Source of the DNA: an uncultured Carnobacteriaceae bacterium
Lineage (GTDB): Bacteria; Bacillota; Bacilli; Lactobacillales; Aerococcaceae
Reading direction: 5' to 3'
DNA length: 64,000 nt
Assembly: GCA_963814755.1 (NCBI GenBank)
Contig: CAWFEB010000006.1
Span: forward strand, 7,995-71,994
Shown here one piece after another: positions 39,150 through 49,880 of the stretch. The notes beneath the pieces were generated by a model. That model was not told the DNA's origin. It worked only from the letters and a program-made list of their open reading frames with translations, and searched no databases. Each line of letters opens with the position of its first letter. The stretch's first letter is position 1. Position numbers and translations under genes: made by a program.

Positions 39150-40221
39150 ATGCTTCACATCAGACAAACGGACGATACATTGACGCGGGTGATCGGTTCC
39201 GGGCTGAGTACAGCGGTCCCGTTGATCATCGGGCTGATGGCGGGGAATATGCGCATCGGGACATTCGGGGCTTTGGGGGCATTCGCGTTCCTTTCTTTCC
39301 AGCCGTTTACGCCGACGAAGCTGGCGACACGCATCCTGAAAGCTGGGCTTGCCATCATGGCTGGGTTCTTGGCAGGGGCGCTCTCCACACTTCGTTCCTT
39401 GGATGATACCGATCACGATCAGTCTGGTCAGCCTGATCGGATTCCTGGTCGTGCGTATGCTGCATATCCCGAATCCAGGCGCCTTCTTCGTCATCATGGT
39501 GACCTCCATGGGGGCGGGCGTGAGATTGGACATACCGGGCATTCTTCAAGCGGTCTCCTTCGTGGGCATCGGGGTAGCGGCATCCATCTTCTGGGCGGTA
39601 TTGGCGGTCATCTTCAACAACCGCGTGCTGAACCGTCCTTACCGGAACGACATTCGGAGTTACCGGGAGCACCTTTATGATGCAGTCGAAAATGATTCGG
39701 AATTGTTGCTGTCTTCGGTTCATCATGCGGGCATCCTGTTCCTTGCGACCTATCTGGCGCATTCCTTGGGCATAGGCAACTTCTATTGGGTTGCTGTGTC
39801 CTGTGCGGCAGTGCTTCAGGGGCGTGAACTGAAGGTCATTTTCCATCGCCATGTGCAGCGGATAGTCGGCGGGATGGTGGGTCTGGGCATCGGAATATTT
39901 CTTTTCAGTTTGCAGTTCAGCACGGTGGAAACGGTCGTGGTGTTGATCATTTTGAACTTTTTTGTGGAGTATGCGATGGTGCGCAATTACGGCTTGGCGA
40001 ACTTCTTTACGAATCCGTTGGCTTTGCTGCTTTCCAACCTGTCGAGCAGCGCGTTCGAAATGGATTTGATCGGATTCCGCTTCTACGGATTGGTGCTGGG
40101 CAGCATCGTCGGCTTTGCCGGAGCCGCATTGATTTCATTCGCTATGGGCATGTACCAGAAGGAACTGAAATTGGCCCATAAGTACCATAAGCATCAGGAA
40201 ACACCTTCACGAACGGATTAA
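39150..40221 (+). pseudogene. FUSC/aromatic-acid-exporter-like membrane protein, split by a +1 frameshift near 39385-39400
   Basis: Frame 0 is hydrophobic up to ...AIMAGFLAGALSTL and then becomes hydrophilic nonsense. The +1 frame continues with FVPWMIPITISLVSLIGFLVV... to 40221. Confidence 0.6.
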
Positions 40222-40330
40222 AGGCTCTAGGACGGCGGATTCGCCGATTTCATGAATGTTCATAAACAAATGTCGCAACAACGTTCGGGAAAATCGGTTG
40301 AAAAAAAATATAATTTTATGTCCAAAATCA

Positions 40331-40359
40331 TTGACATATACACCATATTTGTATAGAAT
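40331..40359 (+). promoter_or_regulatory. sigma-A promoter TTGACA-17-TAGAAT
   Basis: The -35 hexamer is at 40331-40336 and the -10 hexamer at 40354-40359. Confidence 0.7.
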
Positions 40360-40381
40360 TTAGCTTGCATAAATTGAATAT

Positions 40382-40570
40382 CTCTTATTAATAGCCGTTG
40401 AGACGAGGGGTCGAAGATACGGTGGCAAACCAATCAATCTAATTTTTTTCAGTACAGATTGATATTGGGTGCCCAACCTGAGCGTAGGATTATCCAAGTC
40501 CTATGAGCAATAAGAGGAAAAGCAGCTGATAGATATCGAAGCTTTCCTTTGGTTGGAGAGCTTTTTTTAT
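40382..40570 (+). promoter_or_regulatory. S-box (SAM-I)-like riboswitch aptamer with a terminator/antiterminator platform
   Basis: P1 is CTCTTATT (40382) / AATAAGAG (40509). A K-turn-like P2 is CCGT TGAGAC..GTC GAAGAT ACGG. The P3 base GGCAAACC...GGGTGCC compares with the SAM-I consensus GGCAACC...GGTGCC. A P4 hairpin follows. The terminator is AAGCTTTCC/GGAGAGCTT plus T7 (40539-40569). The antiterminator GGAAAAGC/GCTTTCC competes with both P1 and the terminator. Confidence 0.5.
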
Positions 40571-40602
40571 GCCCATTTTTTATATCAAAGGGGGAAATCT
40601 AT

Positions 40603-42144
40603 TTGGCTGAAAAGGTTTTATTCAATTCAGACACTTATTTGGAAGGTCATTCTGACAAAATTACTTACCAAATTTCTAACGTAAAAGCAAAAAATATTAC
40701 ACATATCAAAATGCCGCTTTTCGAAGCGCTTGTTAAAAATGCGAAACAGGACGTTACGCCTTTCGATGTCCCTGGACATAAAATGGGTGCGCAGATGACG
40801 CCATTTAAAATGGCAGTCGGTGATATGACGATGCAGATGGATGTCAACTCCATGAAAGAATTGGACTTGTTGAGCCATCCGCAATCCGTCATAAAAGAAG
40901 CACAGGAATTGGCTGCAAAAGCATACAATGCCGATCAAGCCTTTTTCTTGGTTAACGGTACGACTGTAGGCATCCAAGCGATGATCATGAGCGTGGTGGG
41001 ACCGAACGATTCGATTTTGGTTCCCCGCAACTGCCATAAGTCAGTGATGAGCGGGTTGATCTTGAGCGGCGCAAAGCCGATCTTCATCCAGCCCGAAATG
41101 GATTTGGCCTTCGGAATTTCTCACGGCATCTCCGTGGAACGCATCATCAAAGGCTTGGATGAAAATCCTAAAGCGAAAGCTCTTTTGGTCACTTATCCGA
41201 CTTATTTCGGATCTTTGAACGATTTGGAGACGATCTGTGATATCGCACATGAACGCGGTGTTGTTGTCATCGTCGACAGTGCGCACGGCGCGCATTTGCC
41301 GTTCATGCCCGGAAAAATGAAGGATCCGATGAAAGCTGGAGCCGATGCGGTGACTTATTCCATGCACAAAACCGGCGGATCTTTGACGCAGAGTTCCTTG
41401 ATGGTGATGCAAGGGGATCGCATTTCCGCTACAAAATTACAAAAAGTGCTGAACATGCTGCAATCGACAAGCGCGAACTACTTGTTGATGAGTTCCATCG
41501 ATGCTGCACGCAGCGAATTGGCGATGTACGGCAAAGACCGCTACAAAAAACTGCGCCCGATCGTCAGCGAAGCGATTGAAGCGATCGAAGCATTCGGCGA
41601 CTATGAAGTATTGAAATCCGACTACATCAAAGATAAATTTGACCAGACTTATGACTGGACAAAATTGGTGATCCGCGTGAATGATATCGGCCTGACAGGC
41701 TTCGAAGTCTACACAATCTTGAAGGAAGAATACGGCATCCAAATGGAGTTGGCTGAAGGCTATGTAGTGATGGCAGTCATCAGCACAGCCGATACGCGCG
41801 AATCGATCGGAAGACTGGTTGATGCCTTGATGGATGTCCGCAGACGCTACAAAAAAGCAAGCCAACATTTCGATGCGCACGTGATGACTTGCAGCATCAA
41901 CAAATTGGCCTGCAGCCCGCGTGACGCCTTCTATGCCGACAATGAAGTGGTCAGCATCGACGACGCGATCGGCCGCATCAGTGCTGACTCGATCATGATC
42001 TACCCGCCAGGAATTCCGTTGATCATCCCTGGTGAAGTGATCTCTGAGGCAGTCGTGCAGCATTACCACTACTACAATGAAACTTTAGGCAACGTCCTGA
42101 CTGAGGAAAAAATGCCTCATCAGATCAAAGTCCTGAAAGATTAA
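40603..42144 (+). CDS. speA: Orn/Lys/Arg decarboxylase family 1 enzyme (arginine decarboxylase SpeA-like)
   Basis: TTG 40603 lies 7 nt after GGGGGA. FDVPGHKMG and the PLP-Lys motif YSMHKTGGSLTQSS are present. An agmatinase gene follows. Confidence 0.8.
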   Translation: MAEKVLFNSDTYLEGHSDKITYQISNVKAKNITHIKMPLFEALVKNAKQDVTPFDVPGHKMGAQMTPFKMAVGDMTMQMDVNSMKELDLLSHPQSVIKEAQELAAKAYNADQAFFLVNGTTVGIQAMIMSVVGPNDSILVPRNCHKSVMSGLILSGAKPIFIQPEMDLAFGISHGISVERIIKGLDENPKAKALLVTYPTYFGSLNDLETICDIAHERGVVVIVDSAHGAHLPFMPGKMKDPMKAGADAVTYSMHKTGGSLTQSSLMVMQGDRISATKLQKVLNMLQSTSANYLLMSSIDAARSELAMYGKDRYKKLRPIVSEAIEAIEAFGDYEVLKSDYIKDKFDQTYDWTKLVIRVNDIGLTGFEVYTILKEEYGIQMELAEGYVVMAVISTADTRESIGRLVDALMDVRRRYKKASQHFDAHVMTCSINKLACSPRDAFYADNEVVSIDDAIGRISADSIMIYPPGIPLIIPGEVISEAVVQHYHYYNETLGNVLTEEKMPHQIKVLKD

Positions 42145-42192
42145 GCAATCGGAACAACAATCAAATAGCATACAGTTGGAGGACGGCAGACA

Positions 42193-43050
42193 GTGAAAAA
42201 TAACATGAACATCCAGACTTTTATCGGCTGCGAATCTTCATTTGAAGAAGCATCTACCGTATTATTCGGGATCCCATTCGACGGAACAACCAGTTTCAGG
42301 CCAGGCACGCGCTTTGCGATGCAGGCGATCCGCCAAGATTCATTCGGCTTGGAAAGTTATTCCCCTTATTTGGATCGTGATCTTGAAGAAGAGGCCATCC
42401 ATGATGGCGGAGATCTGGATCTGCCTTTCGGCAACACAGAGCGCGTCTTGAGCGATATCGCAACCTACACAAAAGAAGTATTGGACAATGGCAAGAAATT
42501 TTTGATGGTCGGCGGCGAGCACCTCGTGAGCCTGCCTACCATCGAGGCTGCCTATGAAAAATACCCAGATCTGCATGTCATCCATATCGATGCCCACACA
42601 GATCTGCGTGAAGACTACATGGGAGAATCCTTGTCGCATGCTTCAGTCATCCGCCGCTGCTTCGACTTCCTGGGAGACGGCCGCATTTTCCAATTCGGTA
42701 TCCGCTCCGGTTTGAAGGAAGAATTCGAATGGGCGAAAGAGCATACTTATATGGAGAAATTCACCATCGATACGCTGCCGCAGATTGTTCAGCAATTGAA
42801 GGATGTTCCCGTTTATGTGACGATCGATCTGGACGTTTTGGATCCTGGCACTTTCCCTGGAACCGGCACACCTGAGCCAGGCGGCATTACCTATAAGGAA
42901 TTGTTGGCGGGTATCGCTGCGTTGCAGGATTTGAACCAGATCGTTTCAGCTGACGTCGTTGAACTTTCTCCGCAATACGATCCGTCAGGCGCTTCTACCG
43001 CTATGGCCTGCAAGACTGTCAGAGAAATGCTTTTGACGCTTACTAAATAG
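42193..43050 (+). CDS. speB: agmatinase
   Basis: 285 aa with ureohydrolase metal motifs HIDAHTDL, GGEH and TIDLDVLDP. Confidence 0.85.
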   Translation: MKNNMNIQTFIGCESSFEEASTVLFGIPFDGTTSFRPGTRFAMQAIRQDSFGLESYSPYLDRDLEEEAIHDGGDLDLPFGNTERVLSDIATYTKEVLDNGKKFLMVGGEHLVSLPTIEAAYEKYPDLHVIHIDAHTDLREDYMGESLSHASVIRRCFDFLGDGRIFQFGIRSGLKEEFEWAKEHTYMEKFTIDTLPQIVQQLKDVPVYVTIDLDVLDPGTFPGTGTPEPGGITYKELLAGIAALQDLNQIVSADVVELSPQYDPSGASTAMACKTVREMLLTLTK

Positions 43051-43062
43051 TACAAAATCAAT

Positions 43063-43100
43063 TACCCGACCTTAAAATTAATCAAGGTCGGGTATTTTTT
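43063..43100 (+). terminator. intrinsic terminator after speB
   Basis: Perfect 11-bp stem TACCCGACCTT / AAGGTCGGGTA followed by T6. Confidence 0.9.
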
Positions 43101-43392
43101 AATAATAAATAGCATCTGCAGGTCAGAATGAGAGGATACAAGCAGGTTTGCATTAAAAAGTAATGAAAACGGTAACTGTTTACATGGTGATGTTATGAAA
43201 TCTATCACAAGTCAGTAACCGGTCGCCAGGTTGTATAATTGTGTTATATCAAATGTTTTTTCCAAAGTTAATATTGTTACTATCAAAAAAAAGATGCAAC
43301 TAATTGTGAAAAAATGAATGAAAATGGATTGTATTTAAATTAGAGTTTGATTATAATATCAGAATAACATAATAGAAAGTAGGGACGCCGAA

Positions 43393-46300
43393 ATGAATAG
43401 TTACACTCCTCCAAAAAAACAAGGAATGTATGATCCCGCCTACGAGCATGATGCATGCGGTATGGGATTTGTCGTTGATATCAATGGAAATGGCTCATAT
43501 AAATTAGTCTCTGATGCGTTGGATTTATTGGAAAACATGGAGCATAGGGGTGCTTCCGGCGCTGATGCCAAAACAGGTGACGGAGCAGGTATCATGGTGC
43601 AGATTCCTCATCATTTTTTCAGCAGGGAGTGCGACGTCCTGGGAATCCATTTGCCTAAAAAAGGCGATTATGGAGTAGGGATGCTCTTTGCCCATAAATA
43701 TGACGATCTACGTCACGAACAAATGAGAATGGTGGAAGAGATTGTCACTTCCGAAGGTCAAAAAGTGTTGGGTTGGCGTGAGGTTCCGATCGACAGCTCC
43801 GAAATCGGTGTGACTGCAAAAGCAGCCATTCCGCGTTTTATCCAAGTCTTTGTCGGTAAAGGAAATCCTGAGATGACTGAAATGGATTTCGAACGCAAAT
43901 TGTTCGTCATCCGTAAATTATCCGAAAAACTAATCGTACCGATGAGCGAAAAAAGAGGCGGCTCGTTCTATTTTGCCAGTTTCTCTTCGAAAACGATCGT
44001 CTACAAAGGGATGTTGACTGCAGAACAATTGCGCAGCTTCTATCTTGATTTGACGGATTTGGATTTCACATCCGCTTTGGCGATGGTCCATTCCCGTTTC
44101 AGTACGAATACCTTCCCGAGTTGGGAAAGAGCTCATCCAAACCGTTACTTGATCCACAATGGCGAAATCAACACAATCCGCGGAAACATCAATTGGATGC
44201 GCGCCCGTCAAGGCAGCATGTCCCAGGATCTGTTGGATGCCAGTGAAAAAATCTATCCGATCGTCGACGAAACAGGGAGCGACTCTTCCCAATTCGACAA
44301 CAATCTGGAATTCTTGTATCTGAACGGCCGCTCATTGCCGGAAGCTGTCATGATGATGGTTCCTGAGCCTTGGGAAAAGAACAAAACGATGTCGAAATCC
44401 AAAAAAGATTTCTATAACTTCAACAACTTCCTGATGGAACCATGGGATGGCCCTGCAGCAATGGGCTTCACGGATGGCGAAATCGTCGGAGCGGTGTTGG
44501 ACAGAAACGGTTTGCGTCCGTCCCGTTACTATGTGACGAAAGATGATCGCGTAATCCTTTCATCCGAAGTAGGTGTCGTAGATGTGCGTCCGGAAGATGT
44601 AGCCTATAAAGGCCGTCTGGAGCCAGGCAAGATGCTCTTGATCGATACGAAGCAAAAACGTATCATCTCGGATGAAGAGATCAAAGAAACTGTAGCTGCC
44701 AAACAACCTTACGGAGAATGGGCTGAGAAGCACATTTCCAAAATGAAGGACTTTGCGCCAGCTCCATTGACTGCAACGGTTGAACCTGAAGAGTTGTTGC
44801 ACCAACAGAAAGCTTTCGGTTATACGTTCGAGGACATCCAGTTATTGATCAAACCGATGGCCGTTACAGGTGGCGATTCAGTCGGAGCAATGGGGATCGA
44901 TTCTCCGTTGGCAGTCTTATCAGACAAACCACAGATGTTGTATCTGTACTTCAAACAATTATTTGCGCAAGTTACGAACCCTCCGATTGACGGGATCCGT
45001 GAGGAAATCGTTACTTCCGATACAATGCTTGTCGGAAATTGCGGTAACCTGTTAGATCCGGATAAGGCTGACACACATGCCATCTACTTGGATAGCCCGA
45101 TTTTGACGGATTCTGAATTAGCGAAAATCAAAGCGTTGCAGGACGACAAATTCAAAACGGTCACTCTTTCCCTTTTATACCGCGTCGAAGAAGATGCAAA
45201 AGGGATGGAAAAAGCTTTGGAACGTCTTTTCAGTGCAGCGGATAAAGCCATTGCTTCAGGCGCCAACATTTTGGTCCTTTCCGACCGTGGTGTGAACGCT
45301 GAATGGGCAGCCATTCCGGCTTTATTGGCTGTTTCCGGTCTGCATCATCACTTGATCCGCGAAGAAACACGCACGAGCGTCGGCCTTGTGCTGGAATCCG
45401 GTGAACCAAGAGAAGTGCATCATTACTGCACATTAGTCGGATACGGCTGTAACGCGGTCAATCCTTACTTGACTTATGCGACCATCCGCGAACTTGCTGA
45501 AGAAGGCTTGTTGGACGGACTGGATGCTGAGGCAGCGGAAGCGAACTACATCCACGCAGCTGTCCACGGTATGTCCAAAGTATTGACAAAAATGGGTATT
45601 TCAACGATGCGCAGTTATCATGGTGCACAAATTTTTGAAGCACTGGGAGTCAACAGCGAAGTTGTCGCTAAATACTTCACAGGCACGCCTACCCGCATCG
45701 AAGGTATCGGTCTGCAGGAAATTGCGACAGAAAACAGAATGCGTCATGACAGTGCCTATAAAGCTACAGCGCCTTACAGCGAAACGCTGGGAGTGGGCGG
45801 TCATTTCCAATACTCGGCCATGGGTGAAGAACACTTGTACAATCCGAGCACGATCTACCGTCTGCAGCAAGCGACTCGCCAAGGGGACTATGAGCAATAC
45901 AAAGAGTTCTCCCGCGAAATCAATGCTGAAACGAAGGCGTACACGCTGCGTCAACTGATGCAATTCAAGCCAAACGCACAAGACGCGATTCCGATCGAAG
46001 AAGTCGAATCGGCTGAAAGCATCGTGAAACGCTTCAAGACCGGAGCGATGTCTTACGGTTCGATCAGTATCGAAGCGCACCAAACCTTAGCAATCGCTAT
46101 GAACCGTCTCGGCGGGATGAGCAACTCTGGTGAGGGTGGAGAAGATCCGAGCCGTTATGAATTGGATGAAAACGGAGATTCCCGCAACAGTGCCATCAAG
46201 CAAGTCGCTTCCGGACGTTTCGGCGTTACGAGCCACTACTTGGTGAACGCGAAGGAAATCCAAATCAAGATGGCCCAAGGTGCAAAACCGGGTGAAGGCG

Positions 46301-47970
46301 GACAATTGCCAGGACAGAAAGTTTATCCTGAAATCGCCAAAACACGTGGCTCCATCGCGGGTGTAGGCCTGATTTCACCGCCTCCGCATCACGACATCTA
46401 CTCCATCGAAGATTTGAAAGAATTGATCTTCGACTTGAAGAATGCCAACCGTCATGCGCGCATCAACGTGAAGTTGGTTTCTGAAGCCGGCGTTGGTACG
46501 ATCGCAGCCGGTGTTGCGAAAGCAAATGCCGATACGATCCTGATCAGCGGTTATGACGGCGGTACAGGTGCAGCACCAAGAACCAGCATCCGTAATACCG
46601 GCTTGCCGTGGGAACTGGGCTTGGCTGAAGCGCACCAAACATTAGTGTTGAACAAATTGCGTGACCGTGTCCGCGTCGAAACGGATGGTAAATTATTGAC
46701 TGGTCGCGATGTTGCGATCGCCTGTATGTTGGGTGCCGAAGAATTCGGCTTTGCGACAACACCGCTAGTGGCTATCGGCTGCATCATGATGCGTGTCTGC
46801 CACCTGAACACATGTCCAGTGGGTATCGCTACGCAAGATGAAACGTTGCGCAAGAACTTCCAAGGCAAACCGGAATACGTCGTGAACTTCATGATGTTCG
46901 TTGCCGAAGAATTGCGTGAAATCATGGCGAAATTAGGCTTCCGCACGATCAATGAAATGGTCGGACGCAGCGACAAGCTGAAGATGAAAGAAAATGTGAA
47001 GCATTGGAAAGCGAAGACAGTCGATCTGTCCAGCGTATTGTACCAACCATATGCAGCACCGAATGTCGGCAGATACAACATGACGGAGCAAGACCATGAA
47101 TTAGAGAAAACATTGGATATGCGTCGTCTGTTGAGAATCGTGAAACCGGCAATCGACTCTAAGAAACGCATCGTAGCGAAATCAGCTATCCAAAACATCG
47201 ACCGCGTTGTCGGAACCATCATCGGCAGCGAAATATCGAAAAAATATGGTGCTGAAGGCTTGCCTGAAGATACGATCCAATTGACCTTCGTGGGCTCGGC
47301 AGGACAAAGTTTCGGCGCATTCATTCCGAAAGGGATGACATTGACGCTGGAAGGCGATTCGAATGACTACATCGGTAAAGGCTTGTCCGGTGGTAAAATC
47401 ATCGTACGCGTACCGAATGAGGCTACATTCGCACCTGAAGAAAACATCATCACAGGTAACGTCGCTTTCTATGGCGCAACCAGTGGTAAAGCATACATCA
47501 ACGGAATCGCCGGAGAACGTTTCTGCGTCCGTAACAGTGGCGTGGATACTGTTGTTGAAGGAATCGGCGATCACGGTTGTGAGTACATGACTGGCGGAAC
47601 GGTTCTGATCATCGGAAAAACCGGTCGTAACTTCGCTGCCGGGATGTCGGGCGGGGTAGCTTATATCCTTGATTTCGACGAAAACAACCTGAACATGGAA
47701 ATGGTCAGCGCAACGACAGATTTGAACGACACAGAGCATGACACAATCAAGCGCATGCTGCAGGAGCATATGATCTTTACGGGAAGTCCAAAAGCGCAAA
47801 ATATCTTGGCTAACTGGGATCAAATGAAATCCCGCTTCACTAAGGTCATCTCCAACGACTACAAGTTCATCCTGGAAAACATCGAAATAGCGAACCAGAT
47901 GGGCATCACCGGTCAAGACGCAATGCGTTATGCCTTTGATGAGCGCTACAAACCAGTTGTGACAAACTAA
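43393..47970 (+). CDS. gltB: glutamate synthase large subunit
   Basis: 1525 aa. N-terminal Cys (CGMGFV) amidotransferase domain, FMN and 3Fe-4S regions, and a C-terminal GXGXG beta-helix. Confidence 0.95.
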   Translation: MNSYTPPKKQGMYDPAYEHDACGMGFVVDINGNGSYKLVSDALDLLENMEHRGASGADAKTGDGAGIMVQIPHHFFSRECDVLGIHLPKKGDYGVGMLFAHKYDDLRHEQMRMVEEIVTSEGQKVLGWREVPIDSSEIGVTAKAAIPRFIQVFVGKGNPEMTEMDFERKLFVIRKLSEKLIVPMSEKRGGSFYFASFSSKTIVYKGMLTAEQLRSFYLDLTDLDFTSALAMVHSRFSTNTFPSWERAHPNRYLIHNGEINTIRGNINWMRARQGSMSQDLLDASEKIYPIVDETGSDSSQFDNNLEFLYLNGRSLPEAVMMMVPEPWEKNKTMSKSKKDFYNFNNFLMEPWDGPAAMGFTDGEIVGAVLDRNGLRPSRYYVTKDDRVILSSEVGVVDVRPEDVAYKGRLEPGKMLLIDTKQKRIISDEEIKETVAAKQPYGEWAEKHISKMKDFAPAPLTATVEPEELLHQQKAFGYTFEDIQLLIKPMAVTGGDSVGAMGIDSPLAVLSDKPQMLYLYFKQLFAQVTNPPIDGIREEIVTSDTMLVGNCGNLLDPDKADTHAIYLDSPILTDSELAKIKALQDDKFKTVTLSLLYRVEEDAKGMEKALERLFSAADKAIASGANILVLSDRGVNAEWAAIPALLAVSGLHHHLIREETRTSVGLVLESGEPREVHHYCTLVGYGCNAVNPYLTYATIRELAEEGLLDGLDAEAAEANYIHAAVHGMSKVLTKMGISTMRSYHGAQIFEALGVNSEVVAKYFTGTPTRIEGIGLQEIATENRMRHDSAYKATAPYSETLGVGGHFQYSAMGEEHLYNPSTIYRLQQATRQGDYEQYKEFSREINAETKAYTLRQLMQFKPNAQDAIPIEEVESAESIVKRFKTGAMSYGSISIEAHQTLAIAMNRLGGMSNSGEGGEDPSRYELDENGDSRNSAIKQVASGRFGVTSHYLVNAKEIQIKMAQGAKPGEGGQLPGQKVYPEIAKTRGSIAGVGLISPPPHHDIYSIEDLKELIFDLKNANRHARINVKLVSEAGVGTIAAGVAKANADTILISGYDGGTGAAPRTSIRNTGLPWELGLAEAHQTLVLNKLRDRVRVETDGKLLTGRDVAIACMLGAEEFGFATTPLVAIGCIMMRVCHLNTCPVGIATQDETLRKNFQGKPEYVVNFMMFVAEELREIMAKLGFRTINEMVGRSDKLKMKENVKHWKAKTVDLSSVLYQPYAAPNVGRYNMTEQDHELEKTLDMRRLLRIVKPAIDSKKRIVAKSAIQNIDRVVGTIIGSEISKKYGAEGLPEDTIQLTFVGSAGQSFGAFIPKGMTLTLEGDSNDYIGKGLSGGKIIVRVPNEATFAPEENIITGNVAFYGATSGKAYINGIAGERFCVRNSGVDTVVEGIGDHGCEYMTGGTVLIIGKTGRNFAAGMSGGVAYILDFDENNLNMEMVSATTDLNDTEHDTIKRMLQEHMIFTGSPKAQNILANWDQMKSRFTKVISNDYKFILENIEIANQMGITGQDAMRYAFDERYKPVVTN

Positions 47971-47984
47971 GGAGGAGGGATAAG

Positions 47985-49467
47985 ATGGGAAAAGTTACTG
48001 GATTTAAGGAATATAGCCGTTCCAATTATGAAAAGATTTCTCCGGAAGTCCGCATCAAAAATTGGGGCGAGATGCGTGAAGAAACATCAGAAGAAAAAAT
48101 TCGGACCCAAGCGTCCCGTTGTATGAGCTGTGGCATTCCGTTCTGTTCAGCAGGCATCATGTTGCCGAACGGGGCGTCCGGTTGCCCGTCTGCACAATCT
48201 CATCCCCGAGTGGAATGACATGGTGTATCGTGGTCAATGGAAAGAAGCGTACGAACGTTTATCCTTGACCAATCCGTTTCCGGAATTTACAGGACGTGTC
48301 TGTCCTGCTCCTTGTGAAGGATCTTGTACAGTTGGACTTATCGGTGAACCCGTTACGATCAGCAGCATCGAATACGAAATCATCGAACATGCTTTCCAGA
48401 ACGGTTGGGTAAAACCGGCTAAAGCTCCGGCTACCGGCAAACGCGTTGCGGTTGTCGGCTCCGGTCCTGCCGGCCTTGCGACTGCGCACTACTTGACTTC
48501 AGTCGGCCATGCGGTCACTGTCTTCGAAAGAAGCGACCGTCCGGGTGGTTTGTTGATGTATGGTATCCCGAACATGAAATTGGACAAGGATATCATCCAA
48601 AGAAGACTGGACATCCTGGAAGAAGCTGGCGTGGCATTTGTCTGCAACACAGAAGTCGGCAAAGACATCACTGCGCAGGAATTGGTTGACACGTATGATG
48701 CAGTCGTTCTTTGCGGCGGCGCAACCCGCGCCCGCGGCATCAATGTCGAAGGCAATGACGCAAAAGGCGTACATATGGCTATGGACTTCCTGACTGCAAA
48801 CACACAAAATATCCTTGCGGGCGAACCGCAGGAAAGCAAAATCACTGCCAAAGACAAACACGTCATCGTAATCGGTGGCGGGGATACCGGTACCGACTGT
48901 GTCGGTACATCCATCCGTCATGGCGCGAAGAGCGTGCATCAATTCGAAATCATGCCGCAAGCTCCGGACAAACGTGATGCAGATACGAACCCTTGGCCAG
49001 AATGGCCTAAAAAGCTGAAAACGGACTACGGCCAAGAAGAAGCGATCTACTTGACCGGCTCCGATCCGCGCAACTACGAGATCAACACGACGAAAGTCGA
49101 AAAGAATGAGGCAGGCGAAGTTACCGCTGTCCATACTGTACAGATCGAATGGAAACGTGATGCGTTAGGCAGAATGAATCCAGTTCCTGTCGAAGGAACC
49201 GAAAAAGTCTGGAAAGCGGACCTGGTTCTGCTGGCTATGGGCTTCACCGGTCCTGAAGATACGATTCCGGATGAATTAGCTTTGAAACGCGATCTGCGCA
49301 GCAATATCCAAGCAACAGAGACCGACTACAAAACAAACGTGGAAAAAGTCTTTACATGCGGCGACATGCGCCGTGGACAAAGCTTGGTCGTGTGGGCTTT
49401 GCAAGAAGGAAAACTAGCCGCAGGCGAAGTGGACCGTTTCTTGTCAGGCGATACAGACATTTACTAA
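47985..49467 (+). pseudogene. gltD: glutamate synthase small subunit, split by a +1 frameshift at about 48186-48189
   Basis: MGKVTGFKEY...CMSCGIPFC...GASGCP is in frame 0. LHNLIPEWNDMVYRGQWKEA...GSGPAGLA... is in the +1 frame. Removing one nt from CCCGTCTGCAC restores GCPLHNLIPEWND, which compares with B. subtilis GCPIYNLIPEWND. Confidence 0.8.
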
Positions 49468-49474
49468 TCAGTTG

Positions 49475-49516
49475 AAAAAACCGAAGCAGCGGGGATTCGC
49501 TGCTTCGGTTTTTTTG
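49475..49516 (+). terminator. intrinsic terminator after gltD
   Basis: AAAAAACCGAAGCAGCG gggatt CGCTGCTTCGGTTTTTT. Confidence 0.9.
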
Positions 49517-49536
49517 TGTCGCGGCAACATTGAGTG

Positions 49537-49705
49537 CCCACCTCCGGCCAAAAGCGCTTGGCCGGAGGTGGGGATCGGATAACAGGGTGAACTCCGGCGA
49601 AGCCGCGGCGGCCGGAGGAGGAAGGCGGAAATGGATGCCAACTACGGCGGGCATCCGCCTGACCGGAGCAGCCGACCATCCCGGAGTGCTGTCCTCCGGT
49701 GAACC
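49537..49705 (+). repeat. GC-rich multi-hairpin element, copy L (CCGGAG-core repeats)
   Basis: 13-bp perfect hairpin CCCACCTCCGGCC/GGCCGGAGGTGGG (49537-49572). A 31-mer at 49591-49621 matches the reverse complement of 51570-51600 at 26/31 positions. A 14-mer at 49692-49705 matches the reverse complement of 51535-51548 at 12/14. Confidence 0.75.
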
Positions 49706-49880
49706 CGCATTTCCCGCATTTGACCGGAGCGCTGATCAAGCGTGCCAATCTGTTCCGGTTGCCTAAATAATCCCATATATTGAAATTCGAAATATAGCTC
49801 AAAAAAATGGTATAATACTAGCATCAAATCCTTAAGTGTTTAAGAGGGAAGATTCGAAGGAAAAGAAAGGGTGCAGAGTT

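Noticed and set aside
40360-40575. T-box or lysine (L-box) riboswitch upstream of speA
   Set aside because: There is no T-box sequence (AANNNGGGTGGNACCGCG) and no specifier-loop architecture. L-box hallmarks (AGAGGNGC, GCCGAAG, CTGTCA) are absent. The layout matches SAM-I far better.
43101-43392. TnrA/GlnR box (TGTNA-N7-TNACA) upstream of gltB
   Set aside because: The best candidates (TGTTATGAAATCTATCACA, TAACTGTTTACA) have the wrong spacing or wrong half-sites. I could not support a site.
18518-49467. Programmed +1 ribosomal frameshifting at the five split genes
   Set aside because: There is no shared slippery motif, no in-frame stop preceded by an internal Shine-Dalgarno as in prfB, and the shift sites have unrelated contexts. 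Indels, real or artefactual, are the simpler explanation.
49530-49766. 78-aa ORF (and the 51487-51753 88-aa ORF) within the GC-rich elements
   Set aside because: No RBS. Gly/Ala/Arg-rich translations are expected from GC-rich palindromic DNA. The two peptides are not similar, although the DNA modules are, in inverted orientation.
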